A stretch of DNA of 64,000 nt from assembly GCA_031459385.1 (NCBI GenBank), contig JAVKIP010000001.1, forward strand, positions 1 through 64,000, in the 5' to 3' direction. This document shows positions 59,885 through 64,000 of this stretch, piece by piece. Origin of the DNA: Candidatus Fervidifonticultor secundus (lineage in GTDB: Bacteria > Sysuimicrobiota > Sysuimicrobiia > Sysuimicrobiales > Humicultoraceae). Every line of letters starts with the position of its first letter. Within the stretch, counting starts at the first letter, position 1. The notes under the pieces were generated by a model that saw only the letters and a program-made list of their open reading frames with translations, was not told where the DNA came from and made no database searches. Position numbers and translations under genes: made by a program.

Positions 59885-59931
59885 GCACGTCCCTCCTCGC
59901 AGCCCGAGATGTGTCGCGTTGGCCACGTGGG

Positions 59932-59988
59932 CTTCCACGCTGTTGCCGGTGCTTCCTGCGGCCAGGAGTGGCACAGGCCGTCCCGAAC
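59932..59988. promoter_or_regulatory. Back-to-back sigma-H-like divergent promoters
   Basis: Minus GCAGGA-N18-GAAG (59959-59932); plus CCAGGA-N17-GAAC (59962-59988). Confidence 0.5.
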
Positions 59989-60022
59989 TCCTTAGCCGTC
60001 ACCTGCGCGCTGGAGGGAGCGG

Positions 60023-61213
60023 ATGCGTCTGTTCATCAGCGGTGAAGAACACCTACGTCGCCGCGCAGCGGTGCGCGACGAGCTACACCGGCGCCAGCTC
60101 GAGGCACTGGTGCTGTTCAGCCCGGCGCAGATCTTCTACCTGACCGGGTTCGCCTTCATCGCCACGGAGCGTCCCATCGCCCTGGTGGTGGCGCCCGACG
60201 CGGTCGTGCTCTTCACCCCGCGGCTGGAGGAAGAGCATGCCACGGCCCACGCGGTGGTGGACCGCGTCGCGGCCTACCCGGAATACCCCGGCGACTGCCA
60301 CCCGCTGTCGCGCCTGGGCGCGCTCCTCGAGGAGCTGGGGCTGGCGCGGGCCCGCCTGGGGGCGGACAGCGACGGCTACCCCGGCGTGATGGGCTATCGC
60401 GGTCCGCGGCTTTCGGAGGTCTCACCGCAGGCGGCGGTGACGCCGGCCCGCGACCTCGTGGAAGAGATGATGATGATCAAGTCGGCCGAGGAGATCGCGC
60501 TGATCCGCGAGAGCGCCCGCTGGGGCAACCTGGCGCACCGGCTGCTGCAGGACTACACACGGCCCGGCGCGCTGGAGAGCGAGGTGGGCCTGCGGGCGTC
60601 GGGTGAGGCCACTGCGGCCATGGTCCGGACCCTGGGCCCCGCCTACCGGCCCCTGTCGTGGGCGGTCCCCGGCGCGCACGCGGGGTTCCGCGGGCAGGTC
60701 GGCGCGCAGTCTGCCATTCCCCATGCCATGACCACCCACGCGCCGATCCGCGCGGGCGATGTGCTGGTCACCGGCGCCGCTGCGGTCGTGGGTGGCTACA
60801 CCAGCGAGCTGGAGCGCACGATGATCGTGGGCGAGCCGACCCCGGAGCAGACCCGGTACTTCCGCCTGATGCTGGGCGCCCAGGAGACGGCCTTCGCGGC
60901 GGTGCGGCCCGGCCGGCCGTGTGCCGAGGTCGACCGGGCGGTGCGCGATTTCTTCGAGCGGCATCACCTCATGGCGTACTGGCGCCACCACGTCGGGCAC
61001 GGGCTCGGGATCGGTATTCACGAGGCGCCGTTCCTCGACATCGGCGACCAGACCGTCATCCGGCCGGGAATGGTGCTCAGCGTCGAGCCCGGGCTCTACG
61101 TGCCCGGGGTCGCGGGCTTCCGGCACTCGGACACCGTGCTGGTCACCGAAGACGGCATCGACCTGCTGACCTACTACCCGCGCGACCTGACGTCCCTGGT
61201 CGTTCCGGCCTGA
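60023..61213 (+). CDS. M24 (pita-bread fold) hydrolase, Xaa-Pro peptidase/creatinase-like
   Basis: Creatinase_N-like YLTGF, IKSAEE, SELERT, HHVGHGLG..HE, SVEPG, FRHSDT. Confidence 0.9.
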   Translation: MRLFISGEEHLRRRAAVRDELHRRQLEALVLFSPAQIFYLTGFAFIATERPIALVVAPDAVVLFTPRLEEEHATAHAVVDRVAAYPEYPGDCHPLSRLGALLEELGLARARLGADSDGYPGVMGYRGPRLSEVSPQAAVTPARDLVEEMMMIKSAEEIALIRESARWGNLAHRLLQDYTRPGALESEVGLRASGEATAAMVRTLGPAYRPLSWAVPGAHAGFRGQVGAQSAIPHAMTTHAPIRAGDVLVTGAAAVVGGYTSELERTMIVGEPTPEQTRYFRLMLGAQETAFAAVRPGRPCAEVDRAVRDFFERHHLMAYWRHHVGHGLGIGIHEAPFLDIGDQTVIRPGMVLSVEPGLYVPGVAGFRHSDTVLVTEDGIDLLTYYPRDLTSLVVPA

Positions 61214-61332
61214 TGGCGGTCCGGGCCTGCCAGGTGGGCTGCGCGTCCGGTGGCGGCGCCGCCCTGGCGGAGGGGGAATTTTTCGGCCTGCGGCGACGCT
61301 GACAGGGGGTGGGGAACGACCCCGAGCGACAC

Positions 61333-61956
61333 ATGGCGTGGCTGGCTCGCAACTACGACCAGGTTCTGCGCGCGGCCTGGGAGCACGTGGTGCTCACAGG
61401 CCTGTCGGTGGGCATCGCCCTGGGCATCGCCCTGGTGGTCGGGGTGATCGCGGCGCGGCGGCCCGGCGTCTACCGGATCGCCATCACCGCCACCGGCGTA
61501 TTTTACACCATTCCCAGCCTGGCGCTGTTTGCCATCTTGATCCCCATCGTCGGGCTGGGCCGGACACCGGCGGTGATCGGCCTGGTCGGCTACTCCCTGC
61601 TGGCTTTGATCCGCAACACCGTGGCGGGCCTGCAGGGTGTGCCGGGCGACGTGCTGGAGGCGGCCAGCGGCATGGGCCTAGGGCCCCGGCAGCGGCTGTG
61701 GCGCGTCGAGCTGCCGCTGGCGTTGCCCGTGATCCTGGCGGGTGTCCGCGTGGTGACGGTCACGGTCATCGGGATCGCCACGGTGGCGGCGTACGTCAAC
61801 GCCGGCGGGCTCGGCGCACTGATCTTCACCGGTCTGGCACAGAACAACGGGGCGAAGGTCGCCGCCGGCGCGTTCTTCGCGTCGGCGTTCGCGGTCGGAG
61901 CGGACTGGACCCTGGGCTGGCTGCAGCGGCGGGTCGCGGCGAGGGCCCGCGCGTGA
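61333..61956 (+). CDS. Osmoprotectant ABC permease (OpuB/OsmW-like)
   Basis: TIPSLAL, EAASGMG, VELPLALP, AGGLG. Confidence 0.9.
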   Translation: MAWLARNYDQVLRAAWEHVVLTGLSVGIALGIALVVGVIAARRPGVYRIAITATGVFYTIPSLALFAILIPIVGLGRTPAVIGLVGYSLLALIRNTVAGLQGVPGDVLEAASGMGLGPRQRLWRVELPLALPVILAGVRVVTVTVIGIATVAAYVNAGGLGALIFTGLAQNNGAKVAAGAFFASAFAVGADWTLGWLQRRVAARARA

Positions 61957-61978
61957 GCGCCGGCGGGAGCGAGGAGGG

Positions 61979-62884
61979 ATGACCATGCAGGGGATGCGGC
62001 GGCTGGCGGTGCTGGGTGGCGTGCTCATCGCGGGCCTGGCGGCGGTGGCGGCGTCGGGGGCCGAGGGGACCAAGTTCACGCTGCGGATCGGTTCGAAGAA
62101 CTTCACCGAGCAGTTCATCCTCGCCGAGATGTACGCCCAGGCCCTCGAGGCCCGCGGCTACCGCGTGGAGCGGTTCATCAACCTGGGCGGCACGCTCATC
62201 GCCCACCAGGCCGTGGTCAGCGGCAAGATCGACATGTACCCGGAGTACACGGGCACGGCCCTGGCCGCGGTGGTGAAGGGTACGATCACCAGCGATCCGG
62301 CCGCGGTCTACCGGCAGGTGAAGGAGTACTACGAGCGCCAGCTGGGGCTGACGCTGCTGAACTACTCGAAGATGAACAACGGCTACGTGCTGGTCGTGCT
62401 CCCCGAGACAGCCCAGCGGTATCGCCTGAAGACGATGTCGGATCTGGCCCGGGTCTCGCGCCAGCTGGTGCTGGGCGCCGGGCCCGAGTGGGCCGACCGC
62501 GAGGACGGGGTGCCGGGGCTGCGCCGACACTATGGCATGGAGTTCAAGGAGTTCCGGCCCATGCTGACCGCGCTGAAGTACCAGGCGCTGCGGGAGCGGC
62601 AGGTGGACGTGATCAACGGGTTCACCACCGACGGGCAGATCGCCGCCATGCGGCTGGTGCGCCTGGCCGACGACAGGAACTTCTGGCCGCCCTATCGGGT
62701 CGCCCCGGTGCTCCGCAAGGAGATCGCCGCCAACTACCCTGGCATCGTGAGCATCCTGAACGCGGTGACGGCGCTGCTCACGGACGACGCCCAGGCGGAG
62801 CTGAACTGGCGCGTGGACGGTCAGAAAGAGGAGCCCCGCGACGTGGCCCGCGACTTCCTGAAGAAGCACGGGCTCGTGAAGTAG
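61979..62884 (+). CDS. Glycine betaine/choline-type ABC substrate-binding protein
   Basis: IGSKNFTEQFIL, IDMYPEYTGT, REDG, TTDG, FWPPY. Confidence 0.93.
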   Translation: MTMQGMRRLAVLGGVLIAGLAAVAASGAEGTKFTLRIGSKNFTEQFILAEMYAQALEARGYRVERFINLGGTLIAHQAVVSGKIDMYPEYTGTALAAVVKGTITSDPAAVYRQVKEYYERQLGLTLLNYSKMNNGYVLVVLPETAQRYRLKTMSDLARVSRQLVLGAGPEWADREDGVPGLRRHYGMEFKEFRPMLTALKYQALRERQVDVINGFTTDGQIAAMRLVRLADDRNFWPPYRVAPVLRKEIAANYPGIVSILNAVTALLTDDAQAELNWRVDGQKEEPRDVARDFLKKHGLVK

Positions 62885-62918
62885 GCGACGCACGGGCGCG
62901 CCGGGTCGGGTCCAGCCC

Positions 62919-63575
62919 ATGGCGGACGCGCTGCGAGGCGCTTGGGCATACGCGCTGGCACATCCGGACCGCTTCTGGCAGAGCGTTATCACCCACGCGC
63001 AGCTTAGCGGGGCGGCGCTCGGCGTTGCCACAGCGCTGGCGGTGACCGCAGGCGTGTTGGTGAGCCGCTACCGGCGCGCGGCGCCGCCGGTGCTGGCCCT
63101 GGCCAGCCTCGGCCGGGCCGTGCCCCACCTGGCGATCCTGGCGGCGCTGCTGCCCCTGGTGGGGATCGGGACCCGACCGGCACTGATCGCGCTGGTGCTC
63201 ATCGCCATGCCGCCGATTCTGGTCAACACGTACACCGGCATCACGCAGGTGGACCCCGGCGCCGTGGAGGCCGCGCGCGGCATGGGCATGAGCACCTGGA
63301 CGCTGCTGTGGCGCGTGGAGCTGCCGCTGGTCGTGCCGGTGATCTTCGCGGGCCTGCGGACCGCGGCGGTCAACGTCGTCGCCAGCGCTACGCTGGCGAC
63401 CTTCATCGGGGGCGGGGGATTGGGCGACTTCATTCAGGCAGGTCTGGCGCTGAACGACGTTGCCCAGATCCTGGTCGGCGCCGTGCCGGTGGCGGGCGGC
63501 GCCGTGCTGGTAGACGCGTGCTTCGGAGGCCTGGAGCGGTGGTTGACCCCGCTGCGCGGGACGCAGGGACCGTGA
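62919..63575 (+). CDS. Osmoprotectant ABC permease
   Basis: PPILVNTYTG, EAARGMG, VELPL, GGGGLG. Confidence 0.9.
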   Translation: MADALRGAWAYALAHPDRFWQSVITHAQLSGAALGVATALAVTAGVLVSRYRRAAPPVLALASLGRAVPHLAILAALLPLVGIGTRPALIALVLIAMPPILVNTYTGITQVDPGAVEAARGMGMSTWTLLWRVELPLVVPVIFAGLRTAAVNVVASATLATFIGGGGLGDFIQAGLALNDVAQILVGAVPVAGGAVLVDACFGGLERWLTPLRGTQGP

Positions 63576-64000
63576 TCGCGTTCGAGCACGTCGAGAAGCG
63601 CTACCCCGGGCAGGCGCAGCCGGCGGTGCGCGACGTGAGCCTCACGGTGCCCGAGGGGTGCACGTGCGTGCTGGTGGGACCCTCGGGGTGCGGCAAGACC
63701 ACGCTGCTCAAGATGGTCAACCGGCTGGTCGAGCCGACCGCGGGCGTCGTGCGAGTGGCGGGACAGAACGTCGCCGAGGTGGATCCGGTGCAGCTGCGCC
63801 GGGGGATCGGGTACGTGATCCAGCAGATCGGCCTGTTCCCCCACATGACCATCGCCGAGAACGTGGCCACGGTCCCTCGACTGCTGGGCTGGCCGCCGGC
63901 CCGCATCGCCAGTCGGGTCGACGAACTGCTGGCGCTGGTGGGCATGGACCCCGCGGTCTACCGCGACCGCTATCCGCGCCAGCTCTCGGGCGGGCAGGCC
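63572..64000 (+). CDS. Osmoprotectant ABC ATP-binding protein (3' end beyond window)
   Basis: Hand translation from GTG 63572: MIAFEHVEKRYPG...GPSGCGKTTLLKMVNRL...IGYVIQQIGLFPH...YPRQLSGGQ. Confidence 0.92.
   Translation, partial: MIAFEHVEKRYPGQAQPAVRDVSLTVPEGCTCVLVGPSGCGKTTLLKMVNRLVEPTAGVVRVAGQNVAEVDPVQLRRGIGYVIQQIGLFPHMTIAENVATVPRLLGWPPARIASRVDELLALVGMDPAVYRDRYPRQLSGGQA

Overview
This window contains the replication origin region of a very GC-rich bacterium. The taxon cannot be determined from the sequence; a Terrabacteria lineage such as Armatimonadota/Sysuimicrobiota is a low-confidence guess. The first 12.3 kb hold jag-yidC-yidD-rnpA-rpmH (minus strand), a DnaA-box cluster, an uncharacterised GHKL-ATPase/winged-HTH gene, dnaA, a second DnaA-box/trio-like region, and dnaN-yaaA-recF-DUF721-remB-gyrB-gyrA. 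The G/C skew flips at the dnaA-dnaN gap and GC content is locally depressed. Downstream lie an M50 protease, GNAT, RmuC, DinB, a MacB/FtsX-type ABC system with a permease-CrtC/AttH-like fusion, an aro operon, an esterase/ATP-grasp pair, MoxR-DUF58-DUF4129 and an ATPase-less dpp set. A ~19 kb putative N-heterocycle catabolic cluster with two tandem Mo-hydroxylase large subunits follows, then a second Liv-type ABC system, a creatinase-like M24 enzyme and an osmoprotectant ABC transporter. I found no tRNA, rRNA, CRISPR array or mobile element. The best leads are the GHKL-wHTH gene inside the bipartite oriC, a promoter plus TTCA-N7-TGAA operator hidden in an SDR coding sequence, a recurrent sigma-H-like promoter motif, the permease-CrtC/AttH fusion exporter and the heterocycle cluster. 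All assignments come from motif reading by eye; no database searches were run.
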